Of a DNA stretch of 64,000 bases, positions 20,700 through 29,805 are shown piece by piece. Each line of letters starts with the position of its first letter. The stretch's first letter is position 1. Source of the DNA: Chloroflexota bacterium (GTDB lineage: Bacteria; Chloroflexota; Anaerolineae; J036; Brachytrichaceae); contig JANMNW010000674.1 in assembly GCA_031368515.1 (NCBI GenBank), positions 3,969 to 67,968 of the forward strand, given 5' to 3'. The translations under genes and the position numbers were made by a program. Below the pieces are notes generated by a model. It saw only the letters and a list, made by a program, of their open reading frames with translations, did no database searches and was not told the origin of the DNA.

Positions 20700-21932
20700 T
20701 CAATTGTTCCACTTGCCGGCCATGCTCATCAAGGCGGGCAGCGGCAGATCTCGGCCCTTAAGCAAAATGTTCCAGTACATCCAGCGGAACATCATCTTGC
20801 CCCAGTGATTGGCCTCGGACTCTTCCAGCAGTGTGAACGGACCCACGCCGGGCAGCGGGTAGCGGCCGGGCAACGGCTCTGTTTCATAGTTAAAATCGAT
20901 CAACAGGCCTTTGCCATAGCCGGATTCGATAAAGCAATTGGCATGGCCGTCAAACACCGGCAACAACTCGCGGCCCTCGGTGTAGCGCACAAAGTTTTCG
21001 CCAAATGTCTCAGTGGCGAAGTGCGCCACCGAGCCGGCCTTGGATGCCGGAACCGCGGCGGCATCGCCCAACGCGAACACGTTCTTGTAGCGTGTCGACA
21101 AAAAGGTGTGCTTGTCGACCGGCACAAAATTAAGCTCATCGCCAAGGCCGCTTGCGCCAACCACCGGCGCGCCCATGTTCAGCGGCACGCTGACCAGCAA
21201 GTCGTAGTCCACCGATTGCTCGTCATACGCAACAATCTTGCGCGCTTCGGCATCGACGTGCTCGATCAAAAATTCCGGAATCACCGAGATCTTCTTTTCA
21301 TCGAGCAAGTGGCCCAGCATCTTCGACGCGCGCGGCTTGGTAAACGCGCCGGGCAGCGGCGTGGCATAGACAAGCTCGACCTTGTCGCGCATGCCCTTCT
21401 CGTGAAAGAACCAGTCGGCGAGCATCAAGAACTCAAGCGGCGCCACCGGGCACTTGATCGGGTTTTCAACCACGTTGAGCACTAGCCGCCCGCCCTGCCA
21501 CGTCTTCAGCTTCTCGCCCAGCGCCACCGCGCCGTCAAAGGTGTAAAAGGTGTGGATCGATTTGCCAAATTCGTCGCCCGCCAGGCCTTCAGTCTGTTCA
21601 GGATGAACATCGGCGCCGGTGGCGACGATGAGAAAGTCATAGTCCAACACCCGGCCGCCCGCCACGCGCACGCGATTGGCATCCGGTTCGATGGCTTCGA
21701 TAACCGCCTGCACCAGCTCCACGCCATCGGGCAAAAAGTCGCGCTTGGGCTTGATCACATCACGTTTGCCATAAACGCCAAACGGAATAAAGAGAAATCC
21801 GGGTTGGTAATAGTGTGTCTGGTCTTGATCGACCATCGTGATCTTCCAGTCGTTGCCATCCAGCAACCGGCGCAGTCGGTTGGCCGCCATCGTGCCAGCG
21901 GTGCCGGCGCCAAGAATCAGCAGTCGTTTCAT
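20700..21932 (-). CDS. Sulfide:quinone oxidoreductase-like FAD-dependent pyridine nucleotide-disulfide oxidoreductase
   Basis: MKRLLILGAGTAGTMAA (FAD GxGxxG). Conserved Cys contexts NPIKCPVAP and DGHANCFIESG. ALGDAA FAD motif. ATG at 21932 lies within the longer ORF. Confidence 0.8.
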   Translation of the reverse strand: MKRLLILGAGTAGTMAANRLRRLLDGNDWKITMVDQDQTHYYQPGFLFIPFGVYGKRDVIKPKRDFLPDGVELVQAVIEAIEPDANRVRVAGGRVLDYDFLIVATGADVHPEQTEGLAGDEFGKSIHTFYTFDGAVALGEKLKTWQGGRLVLNVVENPIKCPVAPLEFLMLADWFFHEKGMRDKVELVYATPLPGAFTKPRASKMLGHLLDEKKISVIPEFLIEHVDAEARKIVAYDEQSVDYDLLVSVPLNMGAPVVGASGLGDELNFVPVDKHTFLSTRYKNVFALGDAAAVPASKAGSVAHFATETFGENFVRYTEGRELLPVFDGHANCFIESGYGKGLLIDFNYETEPLPGRYPLPGVGPFTLLEESEANHWGKMMFRWMYWNILLKGRDLPLPALMSMAGKWNN

Positions 21933-22092
21933 CACATGCCTCCACAGTAGCGCGAGTGGCCGTTTCTCGCCGCCTCGCACCCCTATTTTTAACAACGGCC
22001 TGAAACTGGCGCATCGGCCATGTGCGCCTTTCGCACTGACCAGTTGGACAGGTGATCTATTGCGTGGCCTACAATCAGCTCGGAGACTGGAG

Positions 22093-24972
22093 ATGAAAGT
22101 GAAACTTGCACTTCGCCCGCACATATGCCTGGCCGCAGCCATTTGCCTGGCCGGCGTGCCCGCCCGTGGCGCTGGCAGGGCGCATGCCGATTCAGCAGCC
22201 CATCCGCTACCATTCGCGCAGGATTGGTCGACGACATCGTTCATCACAACATCCAACGATTGGTCCAGCGTGCCGGGCATTCTGGGCTATCGCGGAGACG
22301 CGCTGACAAGCTCCGACGGCGCCGATCCGCAGCTCATCCTCGCGCCAGGCGACACCACACCGCTTAACGTGGCCGCCAACCAGACCAACCCAAACACTTT
22401 CACCACGGGCGGGGTGGCCGAGTTCGACACCCTCGCCGACCCAAGCATCGCCCTGCAAGGCTCCGGCACCGCCGACGCGCCGCACATCGTGATCAACCTG
22501 GACACGCGCGGCTGGCAATCTGTGACCGTTGAGTATTTGTTGCGCGATCTGGATGGCTCGGCCGACAACGCCGCACAGCAAGTGGCGCTGCACTATCGCG
22601 TGGGTGCAGGCGGCGGCTTTGTCAATGTGCCGGCTGCCTATGTCGCCGATGCCACCCATGGGCCCAGCCTTGCCACACTCACCACGACCGTGAGTGTGAC
22701 GCTTTCGGCAAGCGTCAACAACAAGCCGCTTGTTCAGCTGCGCATTCTCACAAGCAATGCCGCCGGCAGCGACGAATGGGTCGGCATCGACGACATCCGC
22801 GTCACGGGCGCGCCACTGCCGCCGGGCAGTGCAGATATCTCAGTTGCCAAGAGCGGCCCGGCCAGCGCGGTGCCGGGCAGCCTTGTCACCTACACGCTCA
22901 GCGTGCTCAACTATGGCCCGGCGGCGGCATCCGTTGTGCTTACAGACAGCCTGCCCACCGGTTTCGTCGCGGTTACCCACACGGCATCGGTCAGCGCCAG
23001 CACTGGCAGCGGCTCGCTCGCATGGGACATCGGTTCGCTGGCTTCCGGCGCGGAGCTATCTTTCACACTCGTGCTCAGCGCAGCCGGCGCGCCGGGCATC
23101 TACACCAACACAATAACCGCATCGACTGCGGTGACAGAATCAGACAGTTCAAACAATGCCGCCACCGCGACAACCGTGCTGGGGCTGCCGCCCGTGCCTG
23201 CCCGCATTCGCGACATTCAAGGCGCGTCGCACACCTCGCCGTTGAACGGCAGCGCGGTGGCCAGCGTGCCTGGCATCGTCACACTGCGCCGACCGTCATC
23301 GTTCTATATGCAGGATGCGACATCGGATGGCGATCCGTCCACTTCGGAAGGCATTCTGGTGTTCACCGGCAGCACGCCGACGGTCAACGTCGGTGACGCG
23401 GTGTTGGTTACTGCGACGGTGCAGGAATTTCGCCCCGGCGGAAGTGGCGGCCTCGGCAACTTGACGCTGACCGAGCTGGTCAATCCGAGCGTGATGACCC
23501 TCTCATCAGGCAACATCCTGCCCGCTCCGGTCATCATGGGAATCGGCGGACGACTCGCGCCAACCCAGACGATCGAAAACGACGCCAGCGGCGATGTTGA
23601 GCTGGGCGCGCTGTTCGACCCGGCCAATGACGGCCTCGATTTTTACGAATCGCTCGAAGGCATGCGTGTGCAGGTCAACGATGCGCTGGCCGTCGGCCCA
23701 ACCAGCGACTTTGGCGAAATAGCCGTGGTGGCCGACAATGGCGCGCACGCCGGTGAACGCCAGGTGCGCGGCGGTGTGGTCATCTCGCCCACCGATTTCA
23801 ACCCGGAGCGCATCATCATTGACGATGCGGCGATCGGAGCGGCGATGCCAAGGATGAATGTCGGCGACAGCGCGACTGCGCCGATCACCGGCGTGATCGA
23901 CTATGCATTTGAGAACTTCAAGCTGCTGGTCGCCGCGCCGTTTTCTGTAACGCTAGGCGCGCTCACGCCTGAGACCACCACAGCCGTGCTAAGCGGCACG
24001 CTGGCGGTCGCCACGATGAACGTCGAAAATCTGAGCGTGCTGGACCCCATCACGAAATTCAACCGTCTGGCCGGCATTGTGGTGAACAACCTTGGCGCGC
24101 CCGATCTTCTTGCGCTGGAAGAGGTGCAAGACAACAGCGGGCCAGGCAGCGACGGTGTGGTCGACGCGACGCAGACGTATTCGCAGTTCATCGCCGCGAT
24201 CGCAGCCAGCGGCGGGCCGTCGTATCAATTTACGCAGATCGATCCGGTCAACGGGCAGGACGGCGGGCAGCCGGGCGGCAACATCCGCGTCGGGTTCTTG
24301 TTTCGCACCGACCGTGGTCTCAGCCTGACCGCACGGCCCGGCGCAGTCGCATCCACGCCCAACACGGTGATCACAGGCACCGGCGGCGTGCGCCTGCAGT
24401 ATTCGCCCGGGCGCATCGATCCGGCAAACACCGCGTTTAGCGCCAGCCGCAAGCCGTTGGCGGCCGAGTTCGCCTACCGCGGCAAAGCGCTGTTTGTCAT
24501 CGCCAATCACTTCAATTCAAAAGGCGGCGACGATGCGCTGTTTGGACGCTATCAGCCGCCGGTGCTCAACAGCGAAAATCAGCGCGTGGCGCAGGCTGTC
24601 GTCGTGCGCGATTTTGTCGCGCAGATACTGAGCGCCGATCCGGCTGCGGCGGTGATCGTGCTGGGCGATTTGAACGACTTCGAGTGGTCGCCGCCGCTGT
24701 CCATGCTCAAAGCGGCGGGGTTTACCACGCTGGTCGAAACACTGCCAAAATCCGAGCGTTACACGTATGTGTTCGAAGGCAACTCGCAGGTGCTCGATCA
24801 CATCATGGTGTCGCCGCACTTGCGCGCGGCCTATGCCGCAACGCTCGACATCGTGCATGTCAACAGCGAGTTTTTCGATCAGGTCAGCGATCATGATCCG
24901 CAGGTGGCCACGTTTGAGCCAGTGGCGGACGGGTCGCGGTTATATTTGCCGCTCGTTGCCCACGCACCATGA
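22093..24972 (+). CDS. Secreted ExeM/NucH-type extracellular nuclease (N-terminal accessory domain, DUF11 repeat, OB-like region, endonuclease/exonuclease/phosphatase domain)
   Basis: Signal peptide MKVKLALRPHICLAAAICLAGVPARGAG. DUF11-like ADISVAKSGP...YTLSVLNYGP...ESDSSNN. IRDIQGASHTSPL is typical of this nuclease family. C-terminal EEP motifs VATMNVENL, LALEEVQDN, VLGDLNDF, SDHDP. Confidence 0.8.
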   Translation: MKVKLALRPHICLAAAICLAGVPARGAGRAHADSAAHPLPFAQDWSTTSFITTSNDWSSVPGILGYRGDALTSSDGADPQLILAPGDTTPLNVAANQTNPNTFTTGGVAEFDTLADPSIALQGSGTADAPHIVINLDTRGWQSVTVEYLLRDLDGSADNAAQQVALHYRVGAGGGFVNVPAAYVADATHGPSLATLTTTVSVTLSASVNNKPLVQLRILTSNAAGSDEWVGIDDIRVTGAPLPPGSADISVAKSGPASAVPGSLVTYTLSVLNYGPAAASVVLTDSLPTGFVAVTHTASVSASTGSGSLAWDIGSLASGAELSFTLVLSAAGAPGIYTNTITASTAVTESDSSNNAATATTVLGLPPVPARIRDIQGASHTSPLNGSAVASVPGIVTLRRPSSFYMQDATSDGDPSTSEGILVFTGSTPTVNVGDAVLVTATVQEFRPGGSGGLGNLTLTELVNPSVMTLSSGNILPAPVIMGIGGRLAPTQTIENDASGDVELGALFDPANDGLDFYESLEGMRVQVNDALAVGPTSDFGEIAVVADNGAHAGERQVRGGVVISPTDFNPERIIIDDAAIGAAMPRMNVGDSATAPITGVIDYAFENFKLLVAAPFSVTLGALTPETTTAVLSGTLAVATMNVENLSVLDPITKFNRLAGIVVNNLGAPDLLALEEVQDNSGPGSDGVVDATQTYSQFIAAIAASGGPSYQFTQIDPVNGQDGGQPGGNIRVGFLFRTDRGLSLTARPGAVASTPNTVITGTGGVRLQYSPGRIDPANTAFSASRKPLAAEFAYRGKALFVIANHFNSKGGDDALFGRYQPPVLNSENQRVAQAVVVRDFVAQILSADPAAAVIVLGDLNDFEWSPPLSMLKAAGFTTLVETLPKSERYTYVFEGNSQVLDHIMVSPHLRAAYAATLDIVHVNSEFFDQVSDHDPQVATFEPVADGSRLYLPLVAHAP

Positions 24973-26009
24973 ATACAGTCTCTTTACGCACACTGCCCAA
25001 AACGACACTGGCGGTCTATCCGATCTGCCTCGGCAGCGCTTTTTTTGGCGCAGTCATCAACAAGGCTGAGTCGTTTGCACTGATGGATGCCTATGTGGCA
25101 GCCGGCGGCAACTTCATCGACACAGCCAAAGTGTATTCCGATTGGATTCCCGGCGAGCGCAGCCGCAGCGAGAAGCTGATCGGCGAATGGATGACCGCGC
25201 GCGGCAACCGCAATGCCATCGTGCTGGCGACCAAGGGCGCGCATCCGCCGCTCACAACAATGATGCCGCGCATGTCGGCGCAGGACATCAGCGACGACGT
25301 GCACGCCAGCCTGAGCCACCTGCGCGCGCATACGATCGATCTTTATTGGCTGCATCGCGACGACCCGGCCACTCCGGTCAACGCCATCATCGACGCGCTG
25401 AACACCCATGTGCGCGCCGGCAAGCTGCGTTATCTGGGCTGCTCAAACTGGCGCGTGGCGCGCATTCGGGAAGCCAACGCCTACGCGGCGGCCAGCGGCC
25501 AGGCGGGATTTGTCGCCAGCCAACCGATGTGGAGCGCGGCCATCGTTGACCCGGCCGGCGTCGCCGATAAGACGATGGCCATCATGGATGGCGAGACGCA
25601 TGCGTTTCATCGCGACACTCAGCTGGCATGCGTGCCGTTCTCGTCGCAAGCCGGCGGCTTGTTTACGAAGCTCGGTCAGCCGTCGAGCGCAAAGTTGGCG
25701 CGCACGTTCCGAGGCGGGCCACGCGCCATAGCGCGCACGGCTTATATCGCGTTGCGCGCCATGCTGGCCGGCAACCGGCCCATGTATCCGGTTCAGCCCA
25801 ATCAACGGCGCCGCGCAGCCTTGCTGCAAGTGGCGCAGGCGCGCGGGCTGACGCTGACGCAGGTGGTGCTGGGCTATCTCATCGCCCAACCCTTCCCTAC
25901 CATCCCCATTGTGGGCTGCCGCACACAGGGTCAATTGCAGAACAGCCTGACGGCCATCGGCGCGCAGTTGTCCGCTGCCGATCTCGCTGTCATCGACGCG
26001 GCGAACTAA
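24969..26009 (+). CDS. Aldo/keto reductase
   Basis: GGNFIDTAKVYS, IDLYWLHRDD, KLRYLGCSNW. ATGA overlap with the nuclease stop. Confidence 0.85.
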   Translation: MNTVSLRTLPKTTLAVYPICLGSAFFGAVINKAESFALMDAYVAAGGNFIDTAKVYSDWIPGERSRSEKLIGEWMTARGNRNAIVLATKGAHPPLTTMMPRMSAQDISDDVHASLSHLRAHTIDLYWLHRDDPATPVNAIIDALNTHVRAGKLRYLGCSNWRVARIREANAYAAASGQAGFVASQPMWSAAIVDPAGVADKTMAIMDGETHAFHRDTQLACVPFSSQAGGLFTKLGQPSSAKLARTFRGGPRAIARTAYIALRAMLAGNRPMYPVQPNQRRRAALLQVAQARGLTLTQVVLGYLIAQPFPTIPIVGCRTQGQLQNSLTAIGAQLSAADLAVIDAAN

Positions 26010-26017
26010 CGCGCCGA

Positions 26018-27889
26018 CTAGACCGCCACCACGCGCAATTCGATATCGGCCAGCGTCACGGCATCGCCTGGCTGCAGCGCAACCCGGGCATGCGCCGCCA
26101 GCCGCTCGCCATTCTTGCGTGTGCCATTCGACGAATTCAGATCGGTCACATGCAAGCCACCGGCCATGTCAAAGCGCGCGTGCGCGGCCGACAGAAAAGC
26201 GCTCGGCAACGTCACCGCATGCGCGCCGCACGGCGCGCGGCCGAGCACCAAGCCGTCGGCGCTGGCCGGAACCACGATGTCGCGGCCGGCTTGCGCACCG
26301 CTGGACACGCGCAGGCGCAGCCCGCCGCTTGCCACCTCGCCCGGCGCGGCAGCATTGATGAGATGCGTGCCTGACGCGCTGTGACCAAACTCAGCGGCCG
26401 GCGGCGCGACCACCGCGCGTACCAGCGTTTGCGCGTCGCCGCCGACTCGCGCGTGCCGCACACCAAATGCCGCATCTGCCGCAAGCGCATTGTGTGGCCT
26501 GGGCGGCGCATATGAGCGGCGCGCGCGAAGGGCAATGGCCGCGCCGCCAAGCAGCGTGACGACGGTCGTGGCAAGTCCGGCCACACCCGCAAGCGAGATC
26601 GAAACGCTGGGCGCCGGCGCAGCCTCGGCGCCAAGACCCGCCTGCGCCAGCGCGTGCGCAGCTGCAGTATCGGCGACGGCCAGCAACACTACGCGCTCGC
26701 CATACAACCGCATGTCTTGCACGCTGCCGTAGGCCCTGATCTTCAACGCTGTCGGCACGTTCGGGTCGAGCATGGCGGTGTCCAGCGTCAAGCTGAACGG
26801 CGGGCGCGCGGCCACTTCGGTGCGCGCGCCCAGCGTGTACTCTACGCGCTCGATATGCCGCCCCAGCACGCGCGGCGTCAAGCGAATTTGCTGCTCCATG
26901 GGCAGTGCCTGCGGGGCGACGGGTGCGCCTGCCGCCGCCAACTCCGGCCAATCGACAATCGGCGCAGCCGGCATGGGCACGAACGTCTGCGCAGCCTGCA
27001 GCGTGTCCATGCCCGCCCGCACGCGCACCACCGCCATGCGTTGGGTCAACGCCGGCGCCGCCCATGCGTCAAACCGCAGGCGGTAGCGCGCCCTCTGCCG
27101 CCAGGCGATCTGTGCGAAGGCGTGAGCGATGGCGTTCTTTGCGCCGGCGGCAATGTGCAGGCCACCGCTCGCCTGAGCCAGCCGATTGAGCGCGCGATGG
27201 TCCGCCGCGCCCACGCCAATGCTGATGATCGGCACGCCGTGAGCGCGTGCCAATGCAACGGCCTCGTCCAATGCGCACGCCGGTCCCAGCGCACTTCTTG
27301 CTGGCGCATCGCGGCCATCGCCAATTGCAATGATTACGCGCGCAATCTGCTTGCGCGAAGCCGACTTTTCGACTTCATCGCACAGCGCGTCGTAGAAGCG
27401 CGCGCGTGGGTCCGGGAGCAGCGCCTGAATAGCAGCGCGCGCTGATGCCGCGTCATTTTCAATCAGCGGTGACGCTGAGGGTGCATCGACTGACGCGCCC
27501 GCAACACGCCACAGCAAGGCGTCGCCCGGATCAATCGCGTCCAATGCCCTTGACGCGGCGTCGTTGAGCGCGCGCATCGAGCGCATCGGAACGCCAGGGT
27601 CAACGAGCACCGTCACATGCATGCGCACCGCCGGGTCGGCAAGCTTGCGCAGGCTCAACACGCGAGCGGGCGCGCCGGCGCTTTCGACGGTCACATCACC
27701 CGCCTGCACGTCATCAATCGGATCGCCGCGCCGATTGCGCAGCACCAGTTCGCACGACACCTCTGGATAGGCCGCGGCATCACACTTCTCCAGAACGGCT
27801 ATGGCGGAATCCAACGCGCGCGCAGGATTTGGCCTTTGCAGCGCACCGCACCCGAACGCGCACAAAAGCGCGGCCATCAGCAGGCGCAT
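26018..27889 (-). CDS. Signal peptide + extracytoplasmic vWA-like domain + TM helix + cytoplasmic FHA domain
   Basis: N-terminal MRLLMAALLCAFGCGAL. vWA-like blocks VTVLVDPGVPM (degenerate MIDAS), VIIAIGDGRDA, GVPIISIGVGAADHRALNRLAQASGG. TM helix LAGVAGLATTVVTLLGGAAIAL followed by RARR. C-terminal FHA: LVLGRAP..., SAAHARF, DLNSSNGTRKNGERL. Its start lies 1 nt after the upstream stop. Confidence 0.7.
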   Translation of the reverse strand: MRLLMAALLCAFGCGALQRPNPARALDSAIAVLEKCDAAAYPEVSCELVLRNRRGDPIDDVQAGDVTVESAGAPARVLSLRKLADPAVRMHVTVLVDPGVPMRSMRALNDAASRALDAIDPGDALLWRVAGASVDAPSASPLIENDAASARAAIQALLPDPRARFYDALCDEVEKSASRKQIARVIIAIGDGRDAPARSALGPACALDEAVALARAHGVPIISIGVGAADHRALNRLAQASGGLHIAAGAKNAIAHAFAQIAWRQRARYRLRFDAWAAPALTQRMAVVRVRAGMDTLQAAQTFVPMPAAPIVDWPELAAAGAPVAPQALPMEQQIRLTPRVLGRHIERVEYTLGARTEVAARPPFSLTLDTAMLDPNVPTALKIRAYGSVQDMRLYGERVVLLAVADTAAAHALAQAGLGAEAAPAPSVSISLAGVAGLATTVVTLLGGAAIALRARRSYAPPRPHNALAADAAFGVRHARVGGDAQTLVRAVVAPPAAEFGHSASGTHLINAAAPGEVASGGLRLRVSSGAQAGRDIVVPASADGLVLGRAPCGAHAVTLPSAFLSAAHARFDMAGGLHVTDLNSSNGTRKNGERLAAHARVALQPGDAVTLADIELRVVAV

Positions 27890-27890
27890 G

Positions 27891-29450
27891 TCAGATCACC
27901 ACCCGCAAGGCCGTCGATCCCAGCACCAGCTCGTCGCCAATATCCACCACACACGGCCCATCGATGCGTTGACCGCGCACCAGCACTCCATTGGCCGCGC
28001 GCGGCATCGGCCGCACGTGCCAGGCGTTGTCGGAAAAATGGAGCTCCGCATGCCAGCGCGAGATTTCGCGGTCGGCCGGGTTGAGCATGTCGCGGCCCAG
28101 CAGCATGGGCGAGCCCGTCACTGGCACGATGCGGCGCGCAGCAGCCACATGCAGCCGTATCGGCCGCAGCGCGTGTGGGGGCTTGTCCGCATCATGCGCT
28201 TGCGCGGCCAATCCATCCGCGCCCCGGACATCCGCGATGAGGCGCGCAAGTTCGCGCGCGCTGATCATGCGCCTGCGCGCATCCATGCCCAGCGCAAGAT
28301 GAATTGCCGCCCGCAGCTCGCGCGGCAGCGCCAGCCCGGCATCATCAAGAGCAACAGATTGGCCAGGCGCCGACCTCATTTGCGCATCATCGCATCCAAG
28401 CAACTGGCAGGCCAGGCTGGCGAATGCGCGCATGTCCGACGCCGCGCCGCCGCCGTCATCTGCCCGGGCCGCCGCGCCCGTTCGCGCCGCAAACAGCCGG
28501 GCCAGGCCCGCGTTGGCCAGTTGAATGTGATTGTCGGCGCCGATCAACACGTCGCCGGCTGTCAGCGCGCCATGCGCAAGCCCGGCGTCATGCAGCGCTG
28601 CCAACGCTTCCGATAGCTCATGCATGAGCCGCAAGGCTTCATGTTGCGGCGCCCGCTCGCGCATGCGGCCGGCCAGCGAGCCACCATGCGCAAAGGCTTC
28701 GATCAGATAAGGCGGTTCATGCGCGTCATCACCGCCATAGATCGGCGCCACAAGCGCATGCTTGAACGCCATCCCGGCGCGCAGATGCCGGGCAAAGCTG
28801 GCGCGCAACCCGTCCGGATCGCGGCGCAACAGCGTGTCGTTTAGAAATTTCACCGCAACCGCGCATCCCTCGCCCTCAGCGCAGCGCGCATCAGGCAGCC
28901 GCCCCGTCCGTAGCGCCGCCCGCCGCACCACGAAATGCTGGCCGACATGCACCACCTCGTCCAAATCGCACTGGCTGAGCCGAATCGGCTGTGAGCCCGC
29001 GCACGCAGCAGGCACGGCAGCGGCGCAATCGTTCGGCACAGCGCGTGGAATGGGCCACTCGCACCCAGCGCCAAGCACGGCATACACCGAACGCCCAATT
29101 TGGAATTGATCACCCGGCGCCAGCAATTCGTCGAAGACACGCCGGCCGTCGATCCAGGTGCCGTTGGCGCTGCCCAGATCGCGCAAGCGCAGTTCCGTCG
29201 CCGCGCGTTGCACCATCGCATGCTCGCGCGACGCATCCGGATCGGCGATGCGCGCCGGGCAGTGCGCCCCGCGGCCAATCAACAGCGCCTCGTCGCCAAT
29301 CCGGTAAAACGCGCCGTCGTTGGCGCCGGCCACACAAGCCAGCATCAAGCTCGGCTGGCGGCGGCGCTGCCGGCGGCGCAACAGCACCACCACGACCAAC
29401 ATAAGCAAAAGCGCCATGCACGGCGCGGCCCAAAACATCCACATTGGCAT
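27891..29450 (-). CDS. Membrane-anchored FHA - pseudokinase - FHA protein
   Basis: TM helix MWMFWAAPCMALLLMLVVVVLL + RRRQRRRQ. FHA1: LLIGRGAHC..SREHAMV..DLGSANGTWIDGRRV. The kinase-like core has VAVKFL, YLIEAFAHGGSL and LHDAGLAHGALTAGDVLI (HRD changed to HGA), then IQLANAGLA (DFG changed to NAG). FHA2: LLGRDM..SRWHAEL..ANGVLVRGQRI. The start is ATG 29450, or 29444 which has better SD spacing. Confidence 0.7.
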   Translation of the reverse strand: MPMWMFWAAPCMALLLMLVVVVLLRRRQRRRQPSLMLACVAGANDGAFYRIGDEALLIGRGAHCPARIADPDASREHAMVQRAATELRLRDLGSANGTWIDGRRVFDELLAPGDQFQIGRSVYAVLGAGCEWPIPRAVPNDCAAAVPAACAGSQPIRLSQCDLDEVVHVGQHFVVRRAALRTGRLPDARCAEGEGCAVAVKFLNDTLLRRDPDGLRASFARHLRAGMAFKHALVAPIYGGDDAHEPPYLIEAFAHGGSLAGRMRERAPQHEALRLMHELSEALAALHDAGLAHGALTAGDVLIGADNHIQLANAGLARLFAARTGAAARADDGGGAASDMRAFASLACQLLGCDDAQMRSAPGQSVALDDAGLALPRELRAAIHLALGMDARRRMISARELARLIADVRGADGLAAQAHDADKPPHALRPIRLHVAAARRIVPVTGSPMLLGRDMLNPADREISRWHAELHFSDNAWHVRPMPRAANGVLVRGQRIDGPCVVDIGDELVLGSTALRVVI

Positions 29451-29466
29451 CTCCCCACCGCTGCGC

Positions 29467-29781
29467 TCAGGCCCCGCCCCGCCGCAAGCGGTCTTCGATT
29501 TCCCGGCGCGCGCGCTCCTCGGCTTCCTGCACAATGTGGGCCGTATCTCGCAAAATTCCAGCAATGCGCGAAAGCATGCCTGGCAGCTGCGCAGAACGCG
29601 CGGCGCACGACTGCGCCTGCGCGCTGAATTCGTCGGAAGCGATGCCGTCCCAGGCCTCGAGTGCCTGTTGCGTGGCCTGCCCCGCCTGAGTCAGCACGTC
29701 GGTTTCGCCCGCTGCGCCTCGCTCAAACTCGCGGGCCACGGCGCGCATCTCGTCATAGTCGATTCCCAAAATAAAGGACAT
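29467..29781 (-). CDS. WXG100-family protein (paralogue 4)
   Basis: 104 aa helical hairpin. MSFILGIDYDEM N-terminus, central W-D-G, GGAG upstream of the ATG at 29781. Confidence 0.8.
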   Translation of the reverse strand: MSFILGIDYDEMRAVAREFERGAAGETDVLTQAGQATQQALEAWDGIASDEFSAQAQSCAARSAQLPGMLSRIAGILRDTAHIVQEAEERARREIEDRLRRGGA

Positions 29782-29805
29782 CTTTCGCTCCAACAGCCGG
29801 CGGGG

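Noticed and set aside
22044-22075. TTGGAC ... TACAAT, considered as a sigma-70-type promoter for the nuclease gene
   Set aside because: The spacer is 20 nt, which is too long, and there is no supporting evidence. It is not reported as a feature.
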